The notes: generated by a model from the sequence alone, not told the origin. Counted from the stretch's first letter, positions 16,101 through 31,500 are shown. The stretch is 64,000 nt of DNA from Schizochytrium sp. TIO01 (GCA_004764695.1 SMSO01000034.1:4650001-4714000); one strand, 5' to 3'. Numbers and translations: made by a program.

Positions 16101-19100
16101 GAAGCATCATGAAATTCAAAGAGAAAGAATGAATAAAAACCACTGAACTAAATACCTCCCTTAAAATCTAAAAAAAGTTGAAAAATAAACAAACTAATAG
16201 TAGATACCCCTCAAGCCATGAACTACCTTTTCTCATCTTCATCTATTAAACCCAAAGGCTAGAAGAAGTCTAAGCTTATAAAACTTTAAGGGCCTTTTTA
16301 TTAACGATCTACCTCGTACATTTTATTCTTTACTGTAATCATTTTTAAAAGTAAACGAGTTTTTCAAAAAGCATTTTTAAATCTCATTCTGACTTTTTCT
16401 TTTCTTCTTCAAGTGAATGAAGACAACCTCGAAAAGGAAACCTACAGAAATTGAAACGCTATAGTTAGAGTATGCCAACCACCACTGCTGCATTCGTACT
16501 GATTCACAGAATGAATTCATTTCCTTCATTTTCTTTATGTTTATTGTATTAAATTATGTAGGAAACAGAATGAAAGGAAACGAAAGAAGAAAGACAAAAG
16601 TAACAGGAGACAAAGCAAAACAAACAACAAAGAGAAACAAACAAACAAAGAAAAAGAAGAAACAAAGAGAAACAAACAAAGAGAAGAAAAAGAAGAAGAA
16701 AAAAGAAAAAGAAGAGGAGGCGGAGAAGACGAGAACTAGAACAAGAACTGCGCAAGCCAGGAGCGACACCAGCGCCTCGGCGCGTACGTACGCAGCCAGC
16801 AGCAGCAGGCTCGGCCCTTGCCTCGACGCGGGGGTCGCCGCAATCTCAGGTAAGTCAGCGGACGCACTAGCTCTGGCACGGCGCCACGAGCGACCAGGAT
16901 GACCCGGATGAGCGAATGAATCTAGGCAGGCAGGAAGGATGCTCCGGCGCCCTCCATTAAGAGTTGGCCATCGGTTGACGATCTACTTTGCCTGCCTGCT
17001 CTCGCCCACGCACGAGCGCAGCGGGACGGCCAGACAGTGACAACACACACGCGTCGCGGGGACACCGGAGGAGGACCGAGCCCACGCCGAGCTTTCCCAC
17101 GCCAACGCGACGGCCGAGCACGGCGAGCGAGCCCAAAGCGAGGCGGCGGCTGCTTCTTCTTCTATCTATCATCTTTTTTCTGCCTTTTGCCATCTCTATA
17201 TTACACATTGATCGATATGCCAATATGTGAATATTTACTTATTCATTCATTCACTCATTCATTCATTCATTCACTCATTCATGCGATGTGAAAGTTATAT
17301 GAAAATAAGGATGGAAATGCATTTTACGTGTGCAGCAGAAGAAGCTGTGGCTCGCTTATGGAGCGATGACGGGCAGCGAGAGAAGAAGACCAAGCAAACG
17401 GGCGGAGCTCGATCTCTGGCTGGGCCGACCTGCCTGCCTGCTGGCCAATGTGCTTTATTTGATCTCCACATGTGTATGTGTGCGGCTCTTGATTGTACTG
17501 TTGTTGTTGTTGGCTTTGGCTTTGTTCCTTTTTTTTACTTTCTCTTCCTTTTCATCATTGCGATGTGTGCCTGCCTCTCCACAGATGAGAACGCACGGCA
17601 GGCCGGCAGGAGCAGAGAACGAGACTCTCGAGGAGACAGCCATGCGATCATGAGCCAGTGAGTGAGTGAATGAATCAATCACTCCATCAATCCATTGATG
17701 AATAATTCACACGTCGATGAGGTCGATCGTTGTCTTTCGTGCCTGCCTCGTTCTTCCTATTGCCGTGTCTTTCGTTCTTTCCCCGTTCTTTCCGCCACAG
17801 TAACCCATGCCCTCTATCGCCCCCTCTTTCGCCGCCGTTCGTTCCCTCGCTGTTCTTTTACCCTCCTTGGAACTATGCAAGAAAGACACTCACCTCACTT
17901 TGGCACATCATACGAAGTGAGCGATGTGACGAAGCAGAAAGAACAGCGACCGGAATGGAACGCAAAGAGAACGCCTGCTTTTCTCTCTCTGTCTGTCTGT
18001 GTGATGCAGGAATGAAGGAGGCCGTGCCTGTACGCCGGACCGAAATGAGAGGCTGAGCAGCTTTGCAGAGGCGTTCGCAAGCCCAGTGGCTGGACTGCGA
18101 AGGGGCGTCCGCAGCGAGCGAACTTTGGATTCCCTGCAAAGATGACGTCGACATTCCGGCTGCAGCGCGGTTCAGACTTCCCTGACAGTCAGACTGTGAG
18201 TGAGTGAGTCAGTCAGTGAGTCGTCGATACATACATAGATGGATGTGTGCTGTTTAGGGCCGCTCATTCCTCGCAACTGGAACCCGGCCCGACAAACGCC
18301 GTCTCTGAGGAAGGAAGGAGATGTGGACAGGATAGAAAACAAGCAATGGCAGCAATGGCATCAGCTTCGGAGTTGGCGGATCTATAGAGAAAAAATCTGC
18401 GAGCGATGCGATGTACATGCAGATGCAGTGGTTCAGGAAACGACTTACTTGCCTTACGAAGTCGAGCCAGAACGGAAGAAGGACTTGAGCACTTGGCATC
18501 ATAGAAATGAGATCATCTCGAGTACAAACGGGGCGCTCGCTAGCAAAGAGGCATTACGGGGATGGGAAGGGAAAAGGATGGTAGAGAATTTGCATGCTAA
18601 GAAGAACACAAAAGTTGACTAACGAAGAATTGAATTCCTGACTCGACAACCAACCGCGAATGATTCACGAACACTTCTCAAACCGTGCGACCTCTGATGA
18701 TCAATCAATACTTTGCTGCGTATTAATTACCCCAATCTCACCTTTGGGTCATGCATGGACGCGCGTTTGTTGTTCACTAACCGCCTAACAACAACCAACG
18801 ATACTTTGTGGACAAAATCAACAACTTTCCCGCTGCTGGTCCCAACGCTGATTGATTGTTGCACACTTGCCCCGCTTCACAGCCAGCTTCACGACCTCCA
18901 CCTGTAAACCCGCCTTCCGCGAGGAAACGCGCGAGCACTGCCTTCCGCATCGCCAAGCATCCAGCTGTTGGCGCTGAGATCGTCCGAGTTCTTCGCAAGA
19001 CGCCATCCCGCTGGACCGCCAAGCCGCAAGTCCCACCCCGACTCCCGCCGCTCCCTTTTGCGTGCAGACCACCGTCGCACCGAGAGCCTGCGCGTGCGCT

Positions 19101-21846
19101 TGCTTTCTTGCCAAGCCAGCGAGCCAGCTAGCTCACAGGAACGAAGCGAGGCGAGGCAGACCTTGACGTCGGGCCCGCCAGCGAAGCAGGGAAACCCAGC
19201 GAAACAACAGCAGGAGCAGCATCGATCTAGCTTAGCCAGCTAGCTCTAGAGCAACAAGCCAGCCAGCCAGCCGCAGCCCCTTGGCAGCACAGCCGGTGGT
19301 GGCACGCTTTCCTGTCTTTGACTCGACTCGACTTGACACCAGAGCCGGCGTTCGCAGCAGAGTCGCTCACCGACGACACCCGAACGAAGAAAGCCCTCGG
19401 AAAAGAACTCGCACGAGCGGGTCAATCATCAGAGTTTAATTAACTCAAAAGAAATAGTCAGTCCCACGTGCGCGCAAAGAATTTGCACACAAGTAGGCAG
19501 GCAAGGGGCTCATTAGCATAATCAGTAGGGGAAGGAGCCTAGTGCTCGCAAGCTAGAAGTCTCGAGATATATATATATATATATCTCAAACGAGCGAGCT
19601 AGCTAGGTAGGTCGCAGGCAAGCAAGCAAGCAGCTTGCTCACTTGCCTGGGGTCGCTATTGTGCCGGCAACAAGGCCGACAGCCCGTGTCGGTAGCAGGC
19701 CCTGTCCGAGGGAGGACTAGGGCGGCCGTCTGCGCGAAGGGTCTGCGCAGGGTCCGCGAGGGTGCGCGCAGCGAGCGCACACCACTCACGAGCCCATCAG
19801 CGACAGCAAAACACTAGTTGGGTACTAGCGTTCTTCAGTGCATCTTCTTCTACTTTGTGTGCTAGAAAAGTAGGTTCTGCTCCTTTTGAACATTCACAAG
19901 CTCTTCGCTTTTCAAAGCAGCTAGTCAGGTAATCATACGAAAAGAAAGGAACAAGAAGGCGAAGACTCCTGCCTGATCGATTATATTTAGGACTTTGCGC
20001 TGTTGCGGATTGACCGTGAGAGGGTTCCTAAGATCCCTCGACCGGCGTAGAGCGGCGAAGAAACTCATCAAAGCTGAGGCGTGCTCCGTTGAGAGACGGG
20101 TTCGATCAGCCACGACGCGGTAGCAAGCTAGGCTAGCCAGGAGCCGCGCGAAGGGACGCACGGTTCTTGGGCTAGCCGGCATTTATTTCTGGTTTTAGTG
20201 TTTGCTGCAGGTGAAATCACAAGAACTTACGTGGAGGACGATAGAAAGGGAAAACGTACTCACTGACTCACTCAGAAATCGCATTTTGATTTCTCATTGG
20301 ATTTCGTATCGTGTGGTTCGCGTGTTATTCTTCGTACAAGCGAATCTATCTGAGAACGGCAAGAACGCAGCCTTTGATTGAGGAGAGAGAGACCCGTCGA
20401 CCAAGTCGAGTGATCTACCTCATTCGTCGCCATCGCTCACAGCTAGCTAGCTTGCTTACTTGTTTTAGGGCGAAACGAACTCGTTATATAGCGACTTCTT
20501 GAGCATACATTCCTTTTCGTGCCAAGCGACCCAGACCTCAACAACTGCTTAGAGTTGTACCTTGCTTTACAGAACATATCGAGTCTCATCAGTGAACAAG
20601 CGTCGGCACCAGGAGCAATAGCTTAATTTGACACATAGTGGTTTGACCTTGATTGACGAGATAGGCCGAAAGCTTTTGCCCTTTTCAACGTACACGCCCT
20701 GGATCGACCATTCATCCTTCCAGACGAGATCACATTTATATATACTTACATACATCTATTCTTACATTCACGCGAAGACCAAGTAAACCCAGACCTAAGC
20801 GAGAGTAAATCCCGACCAGCAAGCAAGAAGCTACTTTGAACAGCAAACGCAGAAGGCGGAAGAGTCTCTGCGGGACAGAAAGCAGTCGACCACCGGGCGG
20901 CATCCAGCCAGCCCGCCACTTAGCCAGCCCAGCTTTGCAGCGAGTCAGCCAACTCGCCAAGCTCCCCAAAACCCTTTCTTCTCACCTCCTGTCCAATCCA
21001 GGTCTCCCACGGGATCGGGTCAGACGTGCCGAGATTGACGAACGAGGCTGCTCTGTTGCATCGATCCGCCTTGCTCTCACCTTCGCGAGACCTCGCTGCT
21101 GCTACCTCAGGACCTGAGCTTTGTCCCCAAAGCTTTCTTCAGCCACGTTAAAGTACCCGGTTCTGCTCACGTGAGAAGAAGCCGCTCAAGACTGAGAACA
21201 CACATCGTTTTACGCACCGCCTGCCTGAGCATTGCCACTGCATACGTACGTGCATTCGCGGCACTCAGCGAGCTCGCAGATTTCGCGCAGCGGCGTAGTC
21301 CCACCTGGATAGGAAGCGCGTTTTCTGCCTGGTCCTTTAACTTAACTCCCTTGCGTGAACACGGGAGCAGAGGCTGCCCGCTCGCTCTGTGTACCTGAGC
21401 GTGTGCGGCATTGTCAGCAGAGACAGACGGGAATAAGCGGGCACTTTGCAAGCTTGTGTCAGAGACGTTCGTGCTCGAGATCTGGCATCTCAGATCGTAA
21501 CACTGCTGCTTCACTCGCACGGCTGACTGCTGTCCAAAGTATTCAGGTTCCGTGGCCGCGTTCCTCGAAAAGACAAGTTGGCTACTGGCAGACAAGGCTT
21601 GCTGCGTGTTCTCGCGTGTGCCTGCTTTGCTCTCCGCTCAGCCTGCGCCCCCTTGGTGGTGTTGATCTTCACGTACCTTGCCTGGCCTCATCTTGCTTGT
21701 CCTCTTCAAAGTTCCAAACGAAGAAGAAGAAGAAGAAAGAAAGGCGCAGAAAGGAAAACAATTTGAACAAAATACAATACAATACAAATACAATACAATA
21801 CAATACAGAACAAAAAAGGTACTAGAACGAATTGAAAGAAGCAAAT

Positions 21847-21885
<39 letters not shown>

Positions 21886-24582
21886 AAACCAAATCCTTCC
21901 TAAAGGGAAGAACTTCACATACCAAAAGAGAAAGGCCCTCTGCCCTTCTCTGGCGCGACCCCTCCTCACACCCTTCGGTTCTGTCTCCTCCTTCCCCCCC
22001 CTTTCTTTCTTCCTTTCTTCCTTTCCCTCTCTCTTTTCCTTCTCTCTCTCCTTACATATACATACTTACACAGGTATATAGATATAGAGAGGCAGAGAAG
22101 AGAAGAGAAGAGGAGCCTTCGTATACATAGCACAGTCTATACGGCGTGTACGCACACTATCAGGTCCTAGAGAATCCCCTAGAGAGCCGAGGCCTCTCTG
22201 TTTCTGCGAAGTTTAAGTTACCAAAACCGAAAAGTAATCCTCATCGCCGCACAGAACCGGTGCTCGAGCCCGCGTGCCTGCTCGCTGGCCAGCTGGCTAG
22301 GTAGCTAGCGAGCGCAGCAGCGGACGCGGAGGGCGTGGAGGCCCTGCAGGCGCCCAGGCAGGCAGGCAAGAAGAAGAAGCCTCGAAGGAGCGGAGCAGGT
22401 CGCTCCTTCGGTTCGTCTCTCTTCTATCCGTCTATCTATCTATCTATCTATCTTTGTGTTTTTTGGCCTCACATCGCGAGGACGGCAGTATTTCAAGGTA
22501 AGTTCAGGCAGGCAGGCAAGCCCTGGCCAGCCAGCCGCGTGCGGCAGGCGCGTTGGAGTCATCATCAATGCGGACCGCCCGAGAGGGAGGCGGTTCTTGG
22601 CGTGGAGCGGAGTGTTGGCGGTGTTGGTGACATTTTGAAATTCAAATGTTGAGTGTTGTTTTTGTTCCTTTTTTTTATTTTTTTATTATTCGTTCATTCA
22701 TTCATTCATTCATCGATTGATTTGATTGATAGATTGATCGATCGATCGCCCATCTCTCAATCAATCGATCGATCGATTCGTGGCGGCCGTACGCTTTCGA
22801 GCGGAGCGAAAGCGTCTGGGCAAGGCGGCGGGGCGGCGCGCGACCTCCTCCTCCTCCTCCTCCTCCTGAACGCAGGCGCCAGCGGCCGCGAACAGAGTCC
22901 CCGTGCGGCTCGCTTTCTCAGACAGACAGAGAGAGAGAGAAACAGAACAGAGGAAGAAAAGAGAGAACAGAACGCGGATCATCGATTGATGTTACATGTG
23001 TGAGCAATGGTAAAAGAACGGAGAAAGCGAAGAGGAACAGAACGCCTCTCTGTGTTCTTTTCTTCGCTGTTATGAGTGAGTTTACAGTGATTTACTCTTT
23101 CATTTTCATTCGCTTATTCTCTCTCTCGTTTGGTCGATGGATCGATTGATTGATTGATTCGCAGAGCCCTCCCGAAAGCGGCGCCGCGCTCGCCGAGGAG
23201 CCTGGCGTATGGGCGCTGCGGAGGATCAGGCAGAAGGAAGAGTAAGATGGTGCATGATTCGAAGAGGAGGAGAAAACGATGATTCATTCATTCATTCATT
23301 CATTCGTTCATTTGTTTCTTTGATTCTTTCTTCTTTTTTCTTTTTCTTTTTTTTTCAAAGAAAAATGGAGAATGAATGTCTTTCTTAGAAATGGAAAAAG
23401 GAAAACGAGAAAAAGAAGGGAAAGAAACAGACGAAGCGACCCTCGTTTTCTTGGTCTCCAAAGCTCGCCTCGGTTTTTGGACGGGCAGGAGCCAAGCAGC
23501 GAGCGGCATGACGGCTAGCTAGCTGCCAGGGCTGGGATTGGGAAGGCCGCGCCGGAGCTGGCTAGCTAGCGAGCCCGCGGGCGCCTCGGGAGGACGGAGC
23601 AGAGCGATGGGCAGACGAGCGAGCGAGCGAAATCGTGCGTGCGCAGCTTCGTCTCTCTTTCTTCTCTCTTTTCTTCTCTCTTTGTTTTCTTGTTCGTTCT
23701 TCTTTTGGAGACTCTTTCTTCTTCTTGACTTAGTTGGTGTTCTGTTTTCCTGTTCTTTTACTGCACAGGCAAAAGCAAGCAAGCGATCGATCCATCCATC
23801 CATCCATCAAAGAATGGAGAATCAATCCAGAGGCAGACGAGAAAGAAGAAGAGACCTTCAGCCCAGAATACCCGGTGCGTGAGGAGCAGCCACCCCTGAC
23901 AGCGGCATCGAGCTCTTGAACCCAGAAGAAAGACTGCCAGCAGAAGAAAGCAAGCAGACAAGCGAGCGGTGCGAAGGAATCCACGCAATAACCAGAAAGG
24001 AAGGAGAAAGGCAAGCAAAAGGCGCGAGAAAGAGGACAAGTGTCTCCTCTGATGATGTTTTTTTTTTCCCAGCGGTGCGTGCTTTCCTCTGTTCCCTCTG
24101 TTCTCTCTGTTCTCTTTTCTTTCCTGTGTCTCTCTCTCTTTCTAATGATCATTTTCAAAGGGGAAAGGAAAGGAAAGAGAAAGACATGAATGATGAATGA
24201 GAGATGGATTGTTTACATATTTCTTAGATGTCAGAGTCTTCCGCTCCTGCCTGCGTGCCGTGCGTACGGAAAGAGAGGGAAAGGAGCACAGCCCCTTCTT
24301 GAGCTGCATGCGCGCCCGCCTGGCACGATGCCCATCGAGAGCTTCCTGGCCACCTTCTGGCTGGCTGCTTGGCTGGCGGTTCGACCACAAGTTTCCTTAC
24401 CCCATCTTCGGTTTTCGAGCCTCGCCTGAAATGAAAGAAGAGTTAGGTTAGTTTAAAAGGGGAAAGAAAAGAGGATTTCTTTCTTTCCTTCCTTTCCTCT
24501 CCTTTTAATGAAAGAAGAAGGGATGAAAGAAGAAGCAGAGCGGACCAAAGCAGAGAGAAGAGAAACGAAGAACGAAAGACAC

Positions 24583-24583
<1 letters not shown>

Positions 24584-24640
<57 letters not shown>
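24584..24640. repeat. (TTTC)n microsatellite
   Basis: Direct reading. Confidence 0.95.
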
Positions 24641-24642
<2 letters not shown>

Positions 24643-27600
24643 TTTCTCTCTGTTTCTTTTTTAGTCGGGTCGAATGAATCTCACTCATTCCATTGCCGCT
24701 GCCGCTGATGACGATGACGGGTGGAGGCCGACTTGCTGCAGAGACCGTCGATCGGCCATATCTGCACGCACTCCTGCACGGTGGGTCGGCTGTGATGTGC
24801 GTTACTCGCCCCACTCTCTCTCTCTCCCTCTCTCTCTCTCTGTTGATCTCTTTCTTCTCTTTCTCAGTCTGTCTGTCTGTCTGTTTTCGAACCAAGTGCT
24901 CTCTCTTTTGTTTATTGCTTTATTTGGAGATATGAAGCAAACAAGCAAGCGAGCTTGCACAGCACAAAGACTGACGGGAGCACGGCATGCAGAAGAACCA
25001 GGAGGCTAGCCACAGCAAGCGAGATGAGAGACAGGTCTTGCTTGCTTTTGCTTTGGTTCTTTCTTGCTCCAAGCCTTTTGTTCGGTTTCTTCTTCCTCTC
25101 TTTTTCTTTCTCTCTTTTGCTGTTTTTTCTCCTTAGCTTTCATGAGCATTCGATGTCTTTGTTTGTTTGATTGATTGATTGACTGATTGTGATCGCTCCT
25201 CATCTTCGTGCCCGTGTACCACTGCCGAGACGTAGCTGTGCGGGTGGATGGGTGGATGGATGGATGGATGTGTACAGACCAAGGCCCTTCCTGGTGCTGC
25301 TGCCTAAACGCTGCCTATCTCTGGACGTCTGTGGCTGCGTTAATCAGGAGGAAGAAATCGAAATCCTGCTGAAGGAGGAGGATCAAATCGAAGCCCTGGG
25401 GAAAGAGACCATCAGTTAGTTAGTTGCACACGGGTGAGCTTGCGTGGTTTGTTTGTTGGTTTGTCTGTTTGCTATTGCGCGCGTGGAACTGATTGCGAAG
25501 AGTCGCCAAGTGCTTGAATCGCCAAGTGCCTGGCCTCGAGGATGCTCGAGCCGTGATGGGCAGGCAGGCAGTCAGGCACAGCAAGGAAAGAGCATACATA
25601 CACATCTTCTACATTTGTGCAGAAGCGGCGAATCCGAGGTCCTTTGCTGATCTTATCAGCCCAGGACGTACAAGGGAGACAGACGAAAGGTGCGATGATT
25701 GATTGAAGGAGAAGAATCCATTTTTCATCGCGTTCAGAGGCAGTTCCTCGCCGAACGAACGAAAGAATGGGAAGGACTTGGAGTGCAGAAGTAAGTGGCG
25801 AGAAGAGGAAATCAACGCATTGAAAGAGGGCTCCATCGAAAAAGCGCGACGGACTCGATCGATGGCAATCTAGCTGTAACACGCAAACAAGCACGCACGC
25901 ACGCACCAAAAAAAACAAAGCAGACGCTCACCAAAGCCTTCTTTGTTGCTTGCTTGCTTGCTTGCTTGCTGTACCCTAGTGCGAAGGAGCCGCCGACCTG
26001 AGAATGTGTCTGCGGGTAAACAGATACGCCTTAGTTCTCGAGGAGCGGCATTGATGCTGTCTCCTGGTCTCGAGTCTTTTTCCTTTCTTTCCTTCTTTCT
26101 TTCTTTTCCTTTTTCTTTTTCTTTTCCTTTCTTCCTTCCTTTCTTTTCTTTTCTCTGTGCTCGAGACTCGTGAGGAATTCATTATCTATCTATCTATCTT
26201 TCATCTCGTTCGAATCGCGAGCCAGTCTGCTGCCCTGAGGACCGCCCGTACCTCCTCGCTGATGCAGCAAGCCGACCGCGCTAGCCAGGCTCGGAGCCAT
26301 GACACCCTCCGAGTTGACCCTCATGTGATCTTTATTGACGATTTGAGGCAGGCTGATTGATGTAAGCTAGCTTTGAAGGTTTTAGCTATCTTTTCGAATG
26401 AATCAATGAATCAATGAATGAGTCAATGAGCGAATCAATCAATCATTCAAGGAATGGGAGTTCGCAAGCAGCGGATTCGGAACCCACCTACCACCCACGT
26501 TTGAAGCAGGAACATGGCGCTCAAGAACTGGATCCAGTTTTACAGACCCTTAGAGAAACAATCTATCTAAGCAGCGCACACTCAGAGACAGACTTGCCTG
26601 GTGTCGGTGATTAGTCATCGCAGCAGCACGCACGGAGGTAGGAGACTTGGTGACGGACAGGTCTTCGCAACGCGGGCCCACAAGACAGATATCTCTCCAG
26701 CTAGGGAGTGAGCTTTCCGGGCCCACGACTGCTGCAGACGGAAAGATCGAAACATTGCTTGCTAGCTAGCTTAGCTACACATGTATGCATGAATGAATAA
26801 ATGAATGCATATGCATGCATTCATGAATGCATGCATGCCAAGACCTGGTCCTTTCTGGAGCTTTTCACGCTGAGCTACTTTGAGCTGTCGGAACACTCGA
26901 TTCCCTCGCTGTCCACAAAAAGACAAATCAGAAAAAGCGAACGGACGCAAGTCTTCCTCTTCCCGCGCTGCACTGACTGGCGAGCTGGCTGGCTGGCTGG
27001 CTGGCTGCCCGCCATCTTGGTTTGCGCTGATCTTCGTGATTAATTGATCTAGGCGGCTGGCTGGCTATCGGCGTCGTTTGTTTGATGGGGAGCATTGGCT
27101 CAGGTGCTCTGTAGAAGCGGAGGAGGGGGCGTTTAGGACGAGGATAGAACAGAGAGAGCGGGCGGTCGCGTATTTCTTGGAATAGGGTGATGGTGATGAT
27201 GATGATTTCATGCGAATGGCCTTTTCTATATTTGTAACCTGGCGTCGAGCAAACTAACTGACAACGTTGGTCATCTTTCATGCTAATTCTGGTTTTTCTT
27301 GGTTGATTTACAAAGCAGCTAGCTCGACCTTGAGCGACTTTCCTCGCAACAACAACTACTGCTGAAGACAGCGTCGTTCGTCATCGCTAGCCAGCTCTTG
27401 TTGATAGCTAGTGTAGTGTGAGTGTGTGCTATCGCACATTTTATATTTTTTTGTTTCATTGATAGGCGCATCCAGCGTCAATTACTGCACATACAACCAG
27501 AGGTAAGTCCTACGAAGTAATATACAAGGTGCCCGTGTTTGCCTGCGTGCCTGCCTGCCTTCTCAAAATGCGAAGCGAGCGGGCCGCAAGCCATCAGCAG

Positions 27601-28506
27601 GCAAATGTGCTCACGAAGCGAGGCCGTCGGAGAAAGAGAGGCGTAGCAGACAGCAGAGGCTGTCTTGTCGCCCCTTTTCAACCTGATCGCTCTTTCTTTT
27701 CTTTCTTTTCTTTCTCTCTCTTTTCTTTTCTTTTCTTTTCTTTTCTTTCTGTTTGCTTTCTGCTTTATTCTTCGTTTCGTAGTTATATGCAGAATGTCGT
27801 AGGCAGCACGCGCTCAGCGTAGTATAACATTCGGAAACAAACGAGCAAAAGCTCGCGAATGTGCTCCTCTCCGAGTCCACTTTCCTCTCGCTAGGTCAGC
27901 AGCAGCCTGCCTGCCTGCCGCACGGCCATGCCCCACCTCACGACCTCCCCGCCGCAATAATAACGACCGCGGTGGACAGCGATAGATCATCAGTTCGAAG
28001 AAACATAAATTCGAGCGCCACGAATCTGTCCCCATTATGGCTAAAGAAGCTGTAGATAGCTAGCTACTGCATAAGTCAGACTCGCATTCTGAGATATGCA
28101 GAAACAGCCACGTTGTTATACGGCAGTCCTGCTCTCTCTGGCAGCGGCAGAGCTCGTGAAGGCGGAGGAGGCGCCGAGCTGAGCACAAGCGTGTGTTTGT
28201 TTGTTTGTTTGTCAATCTATCTTTGCGGGAGACGCTGCACAGTAGTAGGCAAAAGGCGATGAAAGAAAGAAAGAAAGAAAGAAAAGAACAAAAAGAAAAA
28301 GGGGGAAAGAAAGAAGAAAAAAAGAAAGAAAGAAGGTGTGTGCATGCGCGACCCGACGTGTCCATTTTAGCGAGAGAGGAAGTTAAGGCAAAAAGGAAAC
28401 AGAAGAAGAAATCAATTTTTCATCGAAGAAACAAAATTGAGAGGCAGGAAGAAAGGGAAAAAGAGAAAGAGGATAATGTGAGGGAATGGGAAGAATGAAT
28501 GGATTG

Positions 28507-28542
28507 ATTGATTGAACGATTGATTGAACAATTGATTGAACG
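28507..28542. repeat. 12-bp unit ATTGATTGAACR x3
   Basis: Direct reading. Confidence 0.9.
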
Positions 28543-31500
28543 AGGCTATAGTTCCTAGTTTCCCCTTCCTTCCTGCTTGGTTTGCGCTTTCTCCATAGCT
28601 TTGTGTCTGTCTGCCTATCTATGTGGATAGAGGGGCATCAAGCACTGTAGTGATGTGATGGTGTATGTAGGAATGCATGAATGCATGTATATTGGGGATT
28701 ATGGCGATGATGGATGATGGAGGAGGGGCTGGCACGTCGTGTGGGGCTTGGACAAGTTGGTAACTAACAAGATCACGGCCTCGGCCTCGATACTCATTCT
28801 GGTGATGATTTTCTATCGGCGCACGACCGCCAAATCGACCTTGAACTCACAGGAAACAGAAAAGCTTGCAGGTAGAAGACAGACAAAAGCATTATTCACA
28901 TTCACAGGGTCAGAAGCAGCAGCACCGGCAGAGTTTGCAGTAGGTCAGTTAGTTTGCGAGGTGTTCTTTCGAGACAAAGACAAACGAGGAAAGCAGCGGC
29001 ATTAAAAGAAGGAGATCTGAAGCGGGCTCAGGAAGCACCCTGAGGCGAACTTTGATTGGACTCTCCTCTCCTCCAGCACGCCCAAAGACTGCTTTAGAAG
29101 TTAACCAAGCAAGCATAGAAGGAAAGCGGCCTCTATATCAAGACCGACTTTGCTTGGCTCCTTACTTTGACTCTGTCAGGCAGAAGAACCGCCATATTCG
29201 CCAGAGGCAGGAGCGCCACATCGCCATCACTGATCTTATTTTCATAGCGGCAGCCAGCAGTAAGACTACTTTGCTGATTGCGAGCTCGCTTCTTCGCGTG
29301 GCGAATCTCCATCCGGCACTAGCTAGGCATTCATTCATACCTGCATAGGTAGGTAGGTAGGTAGGTACGCAGATAGCTAGCTGATAAGCAGCAGGCAAGC
29401 AAAGCGAGCGAGTGAGCGAGCTACGGAAGGAGGGAGACGACATTGTCATCATCAGTCAGGGTCTCTGTAAGCCTGTTCTTATCTCATTGGTCATAGATTG
29501 ACTCCCTGGAAAAAGTGCGACAAGGAGACGTATACTGTGGATCCGGAAGAGACTTAGTCTTCTCTCTCTCTCTCTTTCTTTTCCTTTCTTTTCCTTTCTT
29601 TTCTTTCTTCACTTTTCTTCCTTTTTTCTTTTTCGTTCCTTCTTTCTTTCTTTCTTTCTTTCTTTTCTTTTGCTTTATTTAAAAGAGCGGCGAAAGAAGA
29701 AGGAGGAGGAGCAAGCACAGGAAAAGGCGAACAAAGAGGCAACGACGGCCCATACCAGAGCGCAGGCAGAGCAAAGCGACCGCTCGGGAGCAATTGCGCG
29801 TTGACCATCACGCTCAGACAGCACCACCGAGGTTCCGAAGGCAAGACCAGGCATCCACCCCGATACCCGCACCGGAGGGGAGCGGAGTTGCCTTCTGTTG
29901 ATATATATACATATATATATATCGCCGCGGTGGCAAAGAAGCGGCTCTCCAAGTCCATTTTTTCTGGCCTGACAGCATATCCATTCTCTGTCAACTTATT
30001 GACACCGTGCACTGGGTCTCGCAGATTGCCATAAATATACTTTCAGGGAGGAGGTGGAGGAGGAGGAGGAGGAAAACGCAAGTGGCGGATTCATACAGAA
30101 AAGTTGATTCCATTGGGTGACGCATCTACTAGAACATTAACAAGACCGTCTCCAGTCTTGGACTTTCCCATCCATCACTAGGCGCATTCTCCGACCTTCA
30201 TCTCGCAAAGTTTTTTTGCCAATCAATCTTCTGACCAAATCACACCATCGATTGAAAATAGTATTCGTGAGCATTAAGGGCAGATTTGGTTGGATATACA
30301 GGACAAGAATTGACTTACGCGTTGCGCTTAAATATCCTTTCATCATCATTGCGAGAGTCCTGATCCTTCAAACTCATTCTCAAAGCCAAAGCTTTCTTCT
30401 TGGGTTCTGCACATAAAGAGACAGACATTATCACCTCACACTTTTCTCTTTATTCGCAGCAATAATCCTTCAATTAGGAAAAGAGGAATCCCACGACTTC
30501 TCCCATTCTCGCCCCATCTTTTGGTCAGCACATAGCAAACTAAAAGAGATTCAAAAGAACCCACCCAATCAAGGACGGCGCAGGCTATTTCTCAACAACG
30601 CTCTTTCCTATCCATTGATTGGAACATTACCTTTGTTATACTGGATTCTCGTCTGTGAGCTGATCCTGTCCATTCTGGGCTTACCAAGTCTCATCCTTGG
30701 TGGTCGACGCAGTACTTCGTAGGAAGATCGTCCAAGAAGCTAAAACACGAGCTGGATAGCTTTCAGTTCCTGTGGCCAGCGCTCACTTTTCTTATTCTGT
30801 GTCTTTTCTCTGTAGGTTTTCCTCTAGGTGTGACACCTCCCTCTTTCTTACCTCCTCCGGTCATTCATAAAATAGTGGGGGGAAACTTTGAAAGACTCGA
30901 CCTACCTACTAGTTAGCAGCGAAAGTCTTTTCACAAGTCACGCCAAAGTTGAATTCTTCAGCGATACCAGAACGCAACAACCAGAGCCGGTCAGTGGATT
31001 TCTTCTTCAGGGATCCTACCTGTCCTGTCCTCTTGTTGTCCTTTGTCTACGCGAGCCCATTCCTGCATCTTCCAATTCATTGTGAAACTCTCGCTCTTTT
31101 TAAAGTGGAGCCCTGTTTCTCTCTCATTCATTCATATATATATATATATATACATACACAAAACACAGTCAAATACATATATAATATACTAGCAGAAGGA
31201 ACAGCCCAGAGTCGGTTCGGCAAGAACATACGCCACCGAAGTGGAGGTGGAGAACCCCATATCTGATTCAACATAGAGCCGTATCTGCGACGCTCATTAG
31301 TGCCAGTGTTCATCACCGCGTCGAGACAAACCACGTACCCATCTGCTGGCAAAAAAGAGACGTTGCGTCTGTTCGCAAATCTCGTCTAGCATCATCTTCT
31401 AGACAGCCAAAAGTAGAAACGAAACAGCTCTCTTGGTTTCTCGGTGAACATTGGTAAACCGAGATCACAGAGCATCAGCAAACGTGAATCAAGAAAAACA

